The notes beneath the pieces were generated by a model. That model was not told the origin of the DNA, did not search any database, and saw only the letters and a program-made list of their open reading frames with translations. A program made the position numbers and the translations under genes. Below are positions 26,153 through 35,257 of a stretch of 64,000 nt of DNA, in pieces (position 1 is the first letter of the stretch; each line of letters starts with the position of its first letter). Origin of the DNA: a virus; the IMG/VR virus record IMGVR_UViG_3300028966_000062, one strand, 5' to 3'.

Positions 26153-27725
26153 GTGAAACATTATGGAAGTATTTGCGAGATTGATGGTTCTAAGATTGAA
26201 CCTGTCTCGTGTATCACTGGTGGTTCACCTTGTTAGCCAAGATCTTTCTATTGCCGGTAAGCGGGCAGGTTTGGCTGGAGAACGGTCTGGTCTATTTATG
26301 GAAATGATTCGTGTGATAAAAGAAATGAGGGATACCACCAATGGAGAATATCCAAAATTTGCAATCTGGGAAAATGTTAGAGGAGCACTCTCCTCAAACA
26401 ACGGAGAAGACTTCCGATGTGTCTTGGAAGAATTTGCACACATCGTCGAAGCAGACGCTACAATTCCTAAACCTTCGGAAAAAGGTGGAAAATGGTCTAA
26501 ATCCGGCGCAATTTCCGGTAATGGATGGTCTTTGGCATGGAGACTCTTCGATGCTCAATACTGGGGAGTGCCCCAACGTCGTCAAAGAATCGCGCTTGTC
26601 ATGGATTTTGGAGGACAACGTGCCGCAAAGATATTATTTGAGCGCACGGGCGTGCCAGGGAATTCTGACGAGAGCATCCCGACGTGGCAAGGTGCTGCCA
26701 GAATTGCTGAAAAATGCATTGTTGGAAATGATCGAGTGGTGGGAGAAAAAAGCTTTTGTATCGTCGGAAACATGATTGACAGAGAAACCAACATGAATGG
26801 GACTGGTGTAAAAGAAGATACTGCTTTCACTATAAACACTATTGACCGTAATGCTGTTGCCTACACTTTAAAGATTCGTTCAGGATGCGAAGGTGGTGGC
26901 AAAGGCGCACTGGTACAAATCGAGAAGAGCGCAACGCTTTCTACATTGCAAGATCAAACGTTAATTTGCTTGGCAGACAACACCTCTTTACATAATTCAA
27001 AACAAAAGATTTCGCCGGTGGTGTTTGAGAGTCACAGTCAGGATGCTCGATACACTCAACAGGGCGACACAAGTCCGGCTTGTACGGCTCAATGGGGGAC
27101 TGGTGGCAATAATATGCCGCTTGTTGCTGAAAAGAAAACCTTTGCAATGCAACGCATTGGTGAATACAAGGAAAGTGAACAGGCCAGCACAATGAAATCT
27201 CGTGATTATAAAGATGCAACTGATCTTGTAGTTGAAGAGAAAGAGGTGAAATGTGCTGGATTTCCACTTGGATTTAGAGCAGAAAATACGAAATGCTACG
27301 ATGAAGTGGCTACTACGCTTTGCAATGGTACGCGGCCTGGATTTACTACTGGATGTGTTCTCAATTGGATTGTTCGCCGCTTGACTCCTGTCGAGTGTGA
27401 ACGGTTACAGGGTTTTCCTGATGGATGGACCGATATTGGCGAGTGGGTTGACGAGAATGGTAAAAAGCACAAGCCAGCTGATTCTCCTCGGTACAAGGCA
27501 CTCGGTAATTCAATCGCTTTGCCTCAATGGTATTGGATTTTCCAGAAAATGAAGCCGTATATCGGTGAAAATCCTACGCTTGGCAGTCTTTTCGATGGGA
27601 TTGGTGGCTTTCCGCTTGTCTTTGAAAGTACGTATGGTGATGGTACTGCTATCTGGGGATCTGAAATCGAACCGTTCTGCGTTGCAGTAACTAAGAAGCA
27701 TTTTCCAGAAAAGCAAGGAGGATAA
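26153..27725 (+). pseudogene. DNA cytosine-C5 methyltransferase, motif order permuted (IV-VI-VIII-TRD-IX-X-I-II), disrupted at catalytic PCQ by 4-nt TAGC (26234-26237)
   Basis: frame 1 GTG 26153: KHYGSICEIDGSKIEPVSCITGGSPC then TAG; frame 2 continues QDLSIAGKRAG...ENVRG...QRRQR...RLQGFPDGW...LFDGIGGF; track ORF 26163 N-terminus is spurious. Confidence 0.7.
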
Positions 27726-27726
27726 T

Positions 27727-28268
27727 TTGCCAGAAAATAAAGGATATTTAACAGCTGACCGATCTGCGGTAGGCGATGAGCGATACACACCGGTTTACGC
27801 GGTTATTCCATTGCTTGAATTTGCCCCCCGTCGAGTAAAACAGTGATTTGGTGTCCGTTTGATAAAGAGTGGTCTGCCTTTGTGCAGGTGTTCAGAAATG
27901 CTGGATATAAAGTAGAATATAGCCACATTGATAACGGACAAGATTTCTTTACATACGAACCGGAATATTGGGATATTATGATTTCAAACCCTCCTTTTAG
28001 TAGGAAGGATGAAGTATTGCGTAGAGCCTATGAGCTTAAAAAGCCGTTTGCTCTACTACTTCCTGCAAATAGTATTCAGGGTAAGACACGATTTGACATC
28101 TTCAAAAATGATGTACAGATGCTGTGTTTTGATTCTCGAATAGGATTCATGGACCCTAAACACGCAGACAGCCCTGTCGAGGGAGTGTCTTTTGGAAGTG
28201 CATACTTCTGTAGAAATTTTCTTCCCAGTAAGTTAGAGTTACGAAAACTTGATAAGAAAATCTCATAA
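27727..28268 (+). pseudogene. Dam-like DNA N6-adenine methyltransferase (NPPF motif) split by -1 frameshift in C6 run 27824-27829
   Basis: TTG 27727 after AAGGAGGA: LPENKGYLTADRSAVGDERYTPVYAVIPLLEFAP then frame change to SSKTVIWCPFDKEW...DIMISNPPFS. Confidence 0.5.
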
Positions 28269-28293
28269 AAGGCTAATTCAAACAAGAGGTGAC

Positions 28294-28488
28294 ATGATGA
28301 ACAGCAAAATTCCTATCAATGTAACTATCGATCACGGCTCCTTGAGCCTTCCGGCAAGTCCTATCTTCCAGAAGGATAAGAACACGTATCTCTGTCCGTT
28401 TTGTGTGACGAAGCTGGAAAAGTTCGAGTGTGAGTGTTCTGATTGTCATCACAAGATGGATTGGAGTAAATTTGCCAAAAAGGAGTGA
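28294..28488 (+). CDS. zinc-ribbon protein (64 aa)
   Basis: CPFC...CECSDCHH; ATG 28294 after AAGAGGTGAC. Confidence 0.45.
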   Translation: MMNSKIPINVTIDHGSLSLPASPIFQKDKNTYLCPFCVTKLEKFECECSDCHHKMDWSKFAKKE

Positions 28489-28493
28489 TTCCT

Positions 28494-28712
28494 ATGGAAC
28501 TAGACGAATGGAAAAATGCCAGTAAGAAACGAATCGAAAAGATGACTTTTGATGAAGCAAAAAAAATTCTTGAGAATCAAATCCGACTTGGCAAGGAGGG
28601 CGGAAAGTGGTGTCCTCGTGAACACACTACTCACGCCTACGAGATGATTCTTAAACGAGCCGTCGCCTATGAAAAATTGCGAAGCATGTATGAAAATCTG
28701 TTAGAGGAGTGA
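28494..28712 (+). CDS. hypothetical protein (72 aa)
   Basis: ATG 28494 after AAAGGAGTG. Confidence 0.45.
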   Translation: MELDEWKNASKKRIEKMTFDEAKKILENQIRLGKEGGKWCPREHTTHAYEMILKRAVAYEKLRSMYENLLEE

Positions 28713-28717
28713 TGCCT

Positions 28718-28996
28718 ATGAATATAGATTTCTTCCAACGGCGCAAGACACAGCTTGAAGATACGCTTCTTTTGAAAAATCAGGCCGTCGATATGCTTGA
28801 TTATCTAAAGACGCACTGTATCAGCAATGACCAATATTGTGCCATTCGAGACTACATTGAAGAAGCTGCCAAGATTCTGGAGAGTGACCTCGAATATGCA
28901 AACAACAAGCTACAGTCCGTATTCAGACCTAAGTATGGCCGGAATAACAGACTGACTCGTGCTCAATCTAAGATGTTCCGTGATAGAGAATATTAA
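28718..28996 (+). CDS. hypothetical protein (92 aa)
   Basis: ATG 28718 after AGAGGAGTG. Confidence 0.45.
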   Translation: MNIDFFQRRKTQLEDTLLLKNQAVDMLDYLKTHCISNDQYCAIRDYIEEAAKILESDLEYANNKLQSVFRPKYGRNNRLTRAQSKMFRDREY

Positions 28997-29013
28997 AAAT
29001 GGGGTGATGCCGT

Positions 29014-29226
29014 ATGAACACATGTAAGAAAATATGTAACTGGTGTGGTCGTGAAATCAAGCCGATAGGTAGCGAGCAGGGAATCAGTTTTGAGCATCAA
29101 TACTCTTATGGTAGCCAACTTGATGGTTCGCTTTTGAGTTTTGATTTGTGCCCTGAATGTTCAGAACGGCTCCCAATAGTGCTCGGCGCAATGTTTGTAC
29201 ATAATCCTTTAAAGGACGATTTCTAA
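29014..29226 (+). CDS. zinc-ribbon protein (70 aa)
   Basis: CNWCGREI...CPECSERL. Confidence 0.45.
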   Translation: MNTCKKICNWCGREIKPIGSEQGISFEHQYSYGSQLDGSLLSFDLCPECSERLPIVLGAMFVHNPLKDDF

Positions 29227-29371
29227 CGGCGAGTGCCGTATGAAATATAAGCCATCAATAAACCAGACGGAGGATAACACATAAAATGAATAGTGCATGA
29301 ATTGATTCAAGACAATAAAAAGAAACATAAGTGATTATCAATGAAACAAAATTATATAAAGGAGACTTGAT

Positions 29372-30472
29372 ATGGCAGATAGAATTTTTAATCTTCCTCA
29401 GACCCGTGGTTCTTTTGAGATGGCTGGTAAGGTCACCGGCACCCAGCGTAGCAACTTCTATAACGAGAAGGAGACTAAGAATGGTGCTATGCGCCGTGTC
29501 CTGAGCTTTGGCGTTCAGACTTCCAATGAAAACACTTTTTATGTTGATCTTGCTGGTATGCCTCGTGATAAGGTTTACTTCTTCCGCCGTGCCGATAAGG
29601 ACAAGGGCATCGAGAAGGATAAGAAGGAAGTTGCTTGGAAGGATCGTCTGACTTATGTTGCACCGGAAGGCTATGATATGATTGGCGTTAAGGTCGGTGT
29701 TACCAAGAAGACGAATGAGTCTGGTAAGGTCGTCAATGATAACAAGACTCTGACTGACTTCGATGCAGCCAAGGAGATCTCTGATAACCTGCATGATGGT
29801 GACAATGTGTATGTCCGTGGTAACATCGAGTACAGCACTTACAACGGCAAGCACCAAATTCGCTTCGTTCCTACTCAGGTGTCTCTGAGCTCTAAGGAAA
29901 TCGACTTCGATGCAGAGGGTTTCGAGGAGCTGGCTCTGTTTACTCAGACCATTGTTTACACTGGTTGCCGCAAGAGTGATGAGGATGATGAAGTAGTTGT
30001 TGATGCAAAAATTGTGAACTACAACACCATTGAGGACGCAGAGCTTTTCATTGACTATAAGGCAAACACTCAGAATAAGGTTCTGGCTGATTCTATTCGT
30101 AAGCGTCTGAAGTCTTATACTAGCTTTGAGTGTTTTGGCCCCATTGTCAATCAGCAGAAGGTTGAGGAAGTTGAGACCGAGAATATCTGGGGTGGTCCTA
30201 ATAAGATGAAGCGCCAGAGCACTCCGGCAGTTCGTAAGCTGTATATTGAGGGCGTTAATCCTGATTCCTTTGATCCGAACCCTGGCGACAAGGATGCGGA
30301 ACCTACTTACACAGAGGACAATATCTCCGAGGCACGGGCAAAGATTGCTGCCAATACTCAGGCTAAGAAGGACTTCGACGGCAAGGCTGCTGAGAACGAC
30401 ACTTCTTGGTGGGGTGGTTCCAACAAGTCTACTGCAACTCCTGCAAATGAGGAAGAGGACGACTGGGGTTAA
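29372..30472 (+). CDS. putative ssDNA-binding-like protein with acidic C-terminal tail (EEEDDWG), GC-rich codon usage
   Basis: position next to Sak4-like gene, acidic tail; function is inference only. Confidence 0.55.
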   Translation: MADRIFNLPQTRGSFEMAGKVTGTQRSNFYNEKETKNGAMRRVLSFGVQTSNENTFYVDLAGMPRDKVYFFRRADKDKGIEKDKKEVAWKDRLTYVAPEGYDMIGVKVGVTKKTNESGKVVNDNKTLTDFDAAKEISDNLHDGDNVYVRGNIEYSTYNGKHQIRFVPTQVSLSSKEIDFDAEGFEELALFTQTIVYTGCRKSDEDDEVVVDAKIVNYNTIEDAELFIDYKANTQNKVLADSIRKRLKSYTSFECFGPIVNQQKVEEVETENIWGGPNKMKRQSTPAVRKLYIEGVNPDSFDPNPGDKDAEPTYTEDNISEARAKIAANTQAKKDFDGKAAENDTSWWGGSNKSTATPANEEEDDWG

Positions 30473-30485
30473 TTTATTTTAGCAT

Positions 30486-30506
30486 TAGCTATGCAATACA
30501 GGATAC
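30486..30506 (+). repeat. 21-nt conserved motif copy F4 (TAGCTATGCAATACAGGATAC)
   Basis: upstream of SD TAAGGAG of gene 30522. Confidence 0.7.
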
Positions 30507-30521
30507 ATAAGGAGTTTAGTT

Positions 30522-30815
30522 ATGCAGAATACTCTTGAGTATACCGCTTATAATGGTATGAAATTTTACATTGTCTACATCGAAGCGCTTGAAAAGGAAC
30601 CTGAAGAAGACTCTCCGATGATGTCTATTGTGTTTACTACGCATCCTGAGATTATTGCAGAAGCTAAAGCCGACGCGGAATGCAATGGTGGTGCTGTTCC
30701 GGTAGGGTGTAAAGACCTTCTGGTTGATAGTGTGGATAACATCACCCGTCAGTTGGATTATGTTGCTCATGCAGTTGAAACGGGTGATCCGTGGTATGAG
30801 TGTTTGAAAGTTTAA
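30522..30815 (+). CDS. hypothetical protein (97 aa)
   Basis: ORF after motif F4. Confidence 0.5.
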   Translation: MQNTLEYTAYNGMKFYIVYIEALEKEPEEDSPMMSIVFTTHPEIIAEAKADAECNGGAVPVGCKDLLVDSVDNITRQLDYVAHAVETGDPWYECLKV

Positions 30816-30843
30816 TAAAAGATTTAGAGAGGAATTTACATAT

Positions 30844-31992
30844 ATGGCTATGATTCGTAAGGCATCTGCTGTTCGTAAGAAGCTTCATATGCTGATTTAT
30901 GGTGAACAGGGAACTGGTAAGTCTCGTACTGCTATGCAGCTGTGCTATTTGAAGAATGCAGACGGTAAGCCGTTCCGTGTTCTGTATTTGGATACCGAAA
31001 ATGGTTCTATTGATAATTACACCGAGGAGCTGGAAGCCAATGGTGTGAATCCTGATAATCTGTTGATTGTTTACACCCAGTCTCTGGCAGAAGTTCAGGA
31101 TTATATCAAGATGGTTACCAACGATGAGGATATCGAGGATGAGAATGGAGATGTTTATCTGGATGCAGACAGTAAGCCGTTCCGTGCAGACGCTCTGGTT
31201 GTTGACTCCGCTTCCATCCTCAAGATGACTGCTACCCAGGGCCTCACCGCCTTCTCGCAGAAGCGTGCCAAGGTTAAGGCCGCATCTCAGGGTCTGACTG
31301 GTGATGAAAAGGCAGTTAAGATTGAGGGTGCTGGCATGGAGCTCAAGGATTTCAATACCCTGAACTTCAAGGGTCAGTCTCTGATTTTGGATCTGAATGC
31401 ATCTGGTGTAAACTACATCGTTGTTTGCCGAGAGAAGGACGAGAAGCATACTAAGGTTGTGAATGGTTCTATCGTAAGTGAGCCTACTGGTCGTAAGATT
31501 CCTGATGGGTTTGCTGGTCAGGAGTACAACGTTGATACTGAGTTCCGCCTGTATTTTCAGGATGGTCAGCAGCTCGCTTTCTTCGATAAGGATCGTACCG
31601 GTATGCATAAGGGCGGTGAGGTCGTTGAGGATCTGACCCTGCTTGAGTATCAGGATATTATCTCTAGTAGCGCAAAGAATCGGGAGAACGTCATCAAGAA
31701 CGGCTTAAACGATGCTGTTAAGACTGAGGTTAAGCTGAGTATGCGTGACCTTGGTATCGAAAACGATGAGCCGGATGATGTTCCGGCAGATAAGAGTTCT
31801 GATAGTAAAGAGCCTTCTATGGATGACATCAAGGCAAAGCTGAACGACCTGATTGCTTCCGCTTCTCCTGTGAAGAAGAGCGCAGCACAGAAGGCTGTTA
31901 AGGCGGCTGGCCTGTCTACCGCGTTCCGTTCTATGACTGATATTGAGGAACTGAAGAAGGTCGCCGCAATCATGGAGAAGGAACTGGCTTAA
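30844..31992 (+). CDS. Sak4-like RecA-fold ATPase (ssDNA annealing/recombination helper)
   Basis: Walker A YGEQGTGKS near N-terminus, Walker B-like LVVDSAS; long low-complexity C-terminus. Confidence 0.55.
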   Translation: MAMIRKASAVRKKLHMLIYGEQGTGKSRTAMQLCYLKNADGKPFRVLYLDTENGSIDNYTEELEANGVNPDNLLIVYTQSLAEVQDYIKMVTNDEDIEDENGDVYLDADSKPFRADALVVDSASILKMTATQGLTAFSQKRAKVKAASQGLTGDEKAVKIEGAGMELKDFNTLNFKGQSLILDLNASGVNYIVVCREKDEKHTKVVNGSIVSEPTGRKIPDGFAGQEYNVDTEFRLYFQDGQQLAFFDKDRTGMHKGGEVVEDLTLLEYQDIISSSAKNRENVIKNGLNDAVKTEVKLSMRDLGIENDEPDDVPADKSSDSKEPSMDDIKAKLNDLIASASPVKKSAAQKAVKAAGLSTAFRSMTDIEELKKVAAIMEKELA

Positions 31993-32684
31993 TGGAACTA
32001 ACCCGTAAATGCAAGATTTGCGGGAAGAACATTTTCATCGAGCGAGACCGTAGCACATTTTTCTACGACAAGACTGGTTTTTATCATAAGGATTGTTTTG
32101 TAGAAAAAAAGAAAAATCAAAAACGCCCTTGGACAGATGACCTGCTAAGGGCATTTTTTGACAAAGTGAATGACACTACGGATAAAAAGGTCGATGATCT
32201 TCTTTCCAAAAAGAGAGAACAAGACCACAATCGTGAGCTTGCACATATCAAACAGGAAGAGAAAAAGATTCTTTTCGACCATATTCGAGATATATACGCC
32301 CCGGCGGTTGTTCCTGGTAGCTTCTACTCGAAACTTGCGCAGTTAATTTCCGGTAATTATTACAAATACAGAGGTTCTATTCCTCCGCTAGAACTTTACG
32401 ATATGTGGGTTCTAGCGAAACCCCGACTAGATAAGATAGTTGCCGAGAAAGAAGCAAAGGGTTGTGATATGAGTCAGCGATGGAATTACGACTTGGCTGT
32501 TTTATTGGCTCAATATCCTAGTTATCTCGATCGAAAAGAAAGACTAGCTTCGATTCGCAGTGAAAGCGAAGAAAAAATGAAGGAAAATCTGACTGAAACG
32601 GTACTGAAACGTATGAAAACAGCACCGAAACAGAGTAAAAACGAGAATGAAATTGATATAAGTGCAATTCTCGATGAGATATAA
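31992..32684 (+). CDS. hypothetical protein with N-terminal zinc ribbon (230 aa)
   Basis: CKICGKN...HKDCF. Confidence 0.5.
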   Translation: MELTRKCKICGKNIFIERDRSTFFYDKTGFYHKDCFVEKKKNQKRPWTDDLLRAFFDKVNDTTDKKVDDLLSKKREQDHNRELAHIKQEEKKILFDHIRDIYAPAVVPGSFYSKLAQLISGNYYKYRGSIPPLELYDMWVLAKPRLDKIVAEKEAKGCDMSQRWNYDLAVLLAQYPSYLDRKERLASIRSESEEKMKENLTETVLKRMKTAPKQSKNENEIDISAILDEI

Positions 32685-32701
32685 AAGAGGGAGGTGGATG
32701 A

Positions 32702-34225
32702 GTGGAACTCATTTCAAATATCCCGAATGAAATTCTATTTGTTGGCGCAATTTACAAGCATCCTGACTATTTGGTCGAGTATGGGCATTATGTCAAGAGC
32801 AAGTACGATTTTGCCGATGAAGCAACAAAATTTTTCTACGATGCAGCGTTAATTATTTATGAAACTCGGACTCAAGAATTTAATAAAACGTCTGTTTTAA
32901 CGTTTATGGCTGAAGACGAGTCCAGACTATCCCAATACAAGCGGCTGAAGGGCTGGTCAACCATCGAATACTACATGAGCCTTGCGAATGACGATGATAT
33001 CAAGGGATATTTCAATATCCTAAAGAAATATTCGTTGCTTCGTGAGTATCAGAGAAACGGATTTAACATCGAAGGAATCTTGAAGCATCGGCAATTTGAA
33101 ATGTTTGGCGCTCAGGACATTTACAAATTGATTCGTGGCAAGGCCGACAAGATCAATACTGTCATCATCACAAACGACGATGCTGAGATTTTGAATAACG
33201 GTCTGTTGCCGATGGTCAATGAACGTCTGAGCGTTCCTGATATGGGCTTGCCGTTCCAGTACCCAATCATGAATGATTTGTTCCGAGGATTGAAGCTGGG
33301 TACTGTGATGTTCAATGGTATGCCATCTAACGCTGGCAAGACTAGATACATGATGGCGATTGTTGCTTACGTCACATTGGTTCAAAAGCAGAAAGCTCTT
33401 CTGCTGCTGAATGAGATGGATCTTGAATCCGTCCGGTATTGCTTGCTAGTCACTGCCATCAATAATCCTGAGTTTCAAGAGTTGCATGGTCATCGCTTTC
33501 ACAAGGATGAACGAGAAATCACCCTTGGAATGTACCGAGATGCAAATGGAAACTTCATCTTCCGAAAGCAAAACGAAGACGGGGAATACATAGAAAGCAT
33601 TGATGAATTCACAGCTCGCGTCTATGAGGAAAGCGAAGAGTATCGCAATGTGCTTGATGTTTGCCAGTGGATTGAGAGCGAATCACAAGGCTTGATTATC
33701 GCAAAAGATGTTTCTGCTGATTATAGTGACAAGTCCCTACGATTTGAAATCCAGAAGGCAGCTCTCACTCAGGGAGTTAAGTATGTGTTCTACGATACTC
33801 TAAAGAACGACATCGCTTCGATTGGTGAATGGGCAGCGTTCAAGGTCACGGCCACAGAGCTTGAAGAGATTGCGAAAAACCTGAAGATCTTTATCTATGG
33901 CAGTATTCAGTTGGCTGAAAATGCTCATGAGTATCTTCCTGATGAGCTGAATTCAAACAACATTGCTGAGTCAAAAATGATTAAGCATGTTGCTTGGACG
34001 ATGGTTCTATTCAAGGAAATTCCGAAAGATAAATTCGCAAAGTATCAATACATCTTTCATGACCCTGAATGGGGCGGCGACTGTGCTCATCGGTTAAATC
34101 CAGACAAACGGTACTATGTTGGAAACATTGACAAGAACCGTTTTGGCGAGAAGAAGAAAATCATGTTTGAAGTGAATTTGAACCAGAATGTCTGGAAAGA
34201 GGTCGGTGTCTGCACCAGAAAGTAA
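32702..34225 (+). CDS. DnaB-like replicative helicase
   Basis: N-terminal DnaB-like helical domain; C-terminal Walker A FNGMPSNAGKTRYMM. Confidence 0.55.
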   Translation: MELISNIPNEILFVGAIYKHPDYLVEYGHYVKSKYDFADEATKFFYDAALIIYETRTQEFNKTSVLTFMAEDESRLSQYKRLKGWSTIEYYMSLANDDDIKGYFNILKKYSLLREYQRNGFNIEGILKHRQFEMFGAQDIYKLIRGKADKINTVIITNDDAEILNNGLLPMVNERLSVPDMGLPFQYPIMNDLFRGLKLGTVMFNGMPSNAGKTRYMMAIVAYVTLVQKQKALLLLNEMDLESVRYCLLVTAINNPEFQELHGHRFHKDEREITLGMYRDANGNFIFRKQNEDGEYIESIDEFTARVYEESEEYRNVLDVCQWIESESQGLIIAKDVSADYSDKSLRFEIQKAALTQGVKYVFYDTLKNDIASIGEWAAFKVTATELEEIAKNLKIFIYGSIQLAENAHEYLPDELNSNNIAESKMIKHVAWTMVLFKEIPKDKFAKYQYIFHDPEWGGDCAHRLNPDKRYYVGNIDKNRFGEKKKIMFEVNLNQNVWKEVGVCTRK

Positions 34226-34234
34226 GGAACTACA

Positions 34235-35257
34235 ATGGTAAATATCGCAGATCTGAAAAATTATATTCTTGAAGAACAGCAGATTGAACCAATTTTGGAG
34301 GAGCTTGGTTGTCATCATATTAGTCATAAAGCTGGATATTATCAGTGTGCGAATCCAGATGGTGACAATAGGACGGCACTCTGTATCTACGAGAATGAAA
34401 ATCTTACTGCGGTAGATTACACACGAGACATTGTCAATGGAAAGACCAGTTATGATTTGATTTCTGTCGTCCAGTTCTTTCTGGAACTGTCTTTCCCAAA
34501 AGCTATTAAGCAAATCTGCGAATGGGTTGGACTTGACTACTATCACAACTTCGAGGAAGACCTTCCTAAAAGTATGTTGATTCTAAAAGAACTCATCACC
34601 ATGCAAAATGAAGGTGAAGAACACGAGGATGACCGTCCGATAGTCCCCATCTCCGAAGCCATCCTCGGTTATTACAAACCTTATGTTAACCAGATTTTTG
34701 CTGACGATGGGATATCTTACGAGACACAACGGGAGTTTGAGATTGGTTTTGATGAACTAACAAATAGAATCACGATTCCAATCAGAGATGAAATTGGTAC
34801 TTTGGTTGGTGTAAAGGGAAGATATTTTGGTAAGCCGCCTGAAGGTGAATTAAAGTATCTATATCTTGAGCCGTGTGCCAGAAACCGTATTCTGTATGGC
34901 CTGTATAAGACAGAGCCGTACATTAAGAATGAAGGTCTGGTATATGTTGGTGAAGCTGAAAAGTCTGTCATGCAGATGTGGAACATGGATGTCTACAACT
35001 GTGTGGCGACTGGCGGTAAGAAGGTTTCACAGAATCAAATTGAAATTTTAACACGTCTTTGCGTTGATATTTGTTTTGTATTTGATAAAGACGTTCAGCT
35101 TAGTGAGCTTATGGTTCTCGCTAATCGATTTGTCGATGGCGTAAGTGTGTATGCTGTAGTAGATGATAAAGGGATTCTGGATGAAAAGGAAGCCCCGACT
35201 GATAATCCTGAAAAATTTAAGGCATTGATTGAAAACTGTGTTAGGAGAATTAAATGA
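34235..35257 (+). CDS. DnaG-like primase (zinc-binding + Toprim)
   Basis: CHHISHKAGYYQCANPDGDN...ALCIY zinc-finger; Toprim core YVGEAEKSVM...ATGG. Confidence 0.55.
   Translation: MVNIADLKNYILEEQQIEPILEELGCHHISHKAGYYQCANPDGDNRTALCIYENENLTAVDYTRDIVNGKTSYDLISVVQFFLELSFPKAIKQICEWVGLDYYHNFEEDLPKSMLILKELITMQNEGEEHEDDRPIVPISEAILGYYKPYVNQIFADDGISYETQREFEIGFDELTNRITIPIRDEIGTLVGVKGRYFGKPPEGELKYLYLEPCARNRILYGLYKTEPYIKNEGLVYVGEAEKSVMQMWNMDVYNCVATGGKKVSQNQIEILTRLCVDICFVFDKDVQLSELMVLANRFVDGVSVYAVVDDKGILDEKEAPTDNPEKFKALIENCVRRIK

Noticed and set aside
26163-26243. N-terminal extension MEVFARLMVLRLNLSRVSLVVHLVS of track ORF 26163
   Set aside because: The alternative frame over the same bases encodes the conserved C5-MTase segment ...CITGGSPC. 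The track start is an artefact of the TAGC disruption.
29372-30472. Considered calling 29372-30472 a canonical bacterial SSB
   Set aside because: The N-terminus does not match the bacterial SSB OB-fold signature. Only the acidic tail and genomic context next to Sak4 support an ssDNA-binding role, so it is kept as low-confidence.
1038-31608. Long minus-strand ORFs (for example 1038-1553, 5326-5943, 21933-22637, 30742-31608)
   Set aside because: All are antisense to well-supported + strand genes, have no SD sequences, and the longest coincide with the GC-rich genes where antisense stop codons are depleted by composition.
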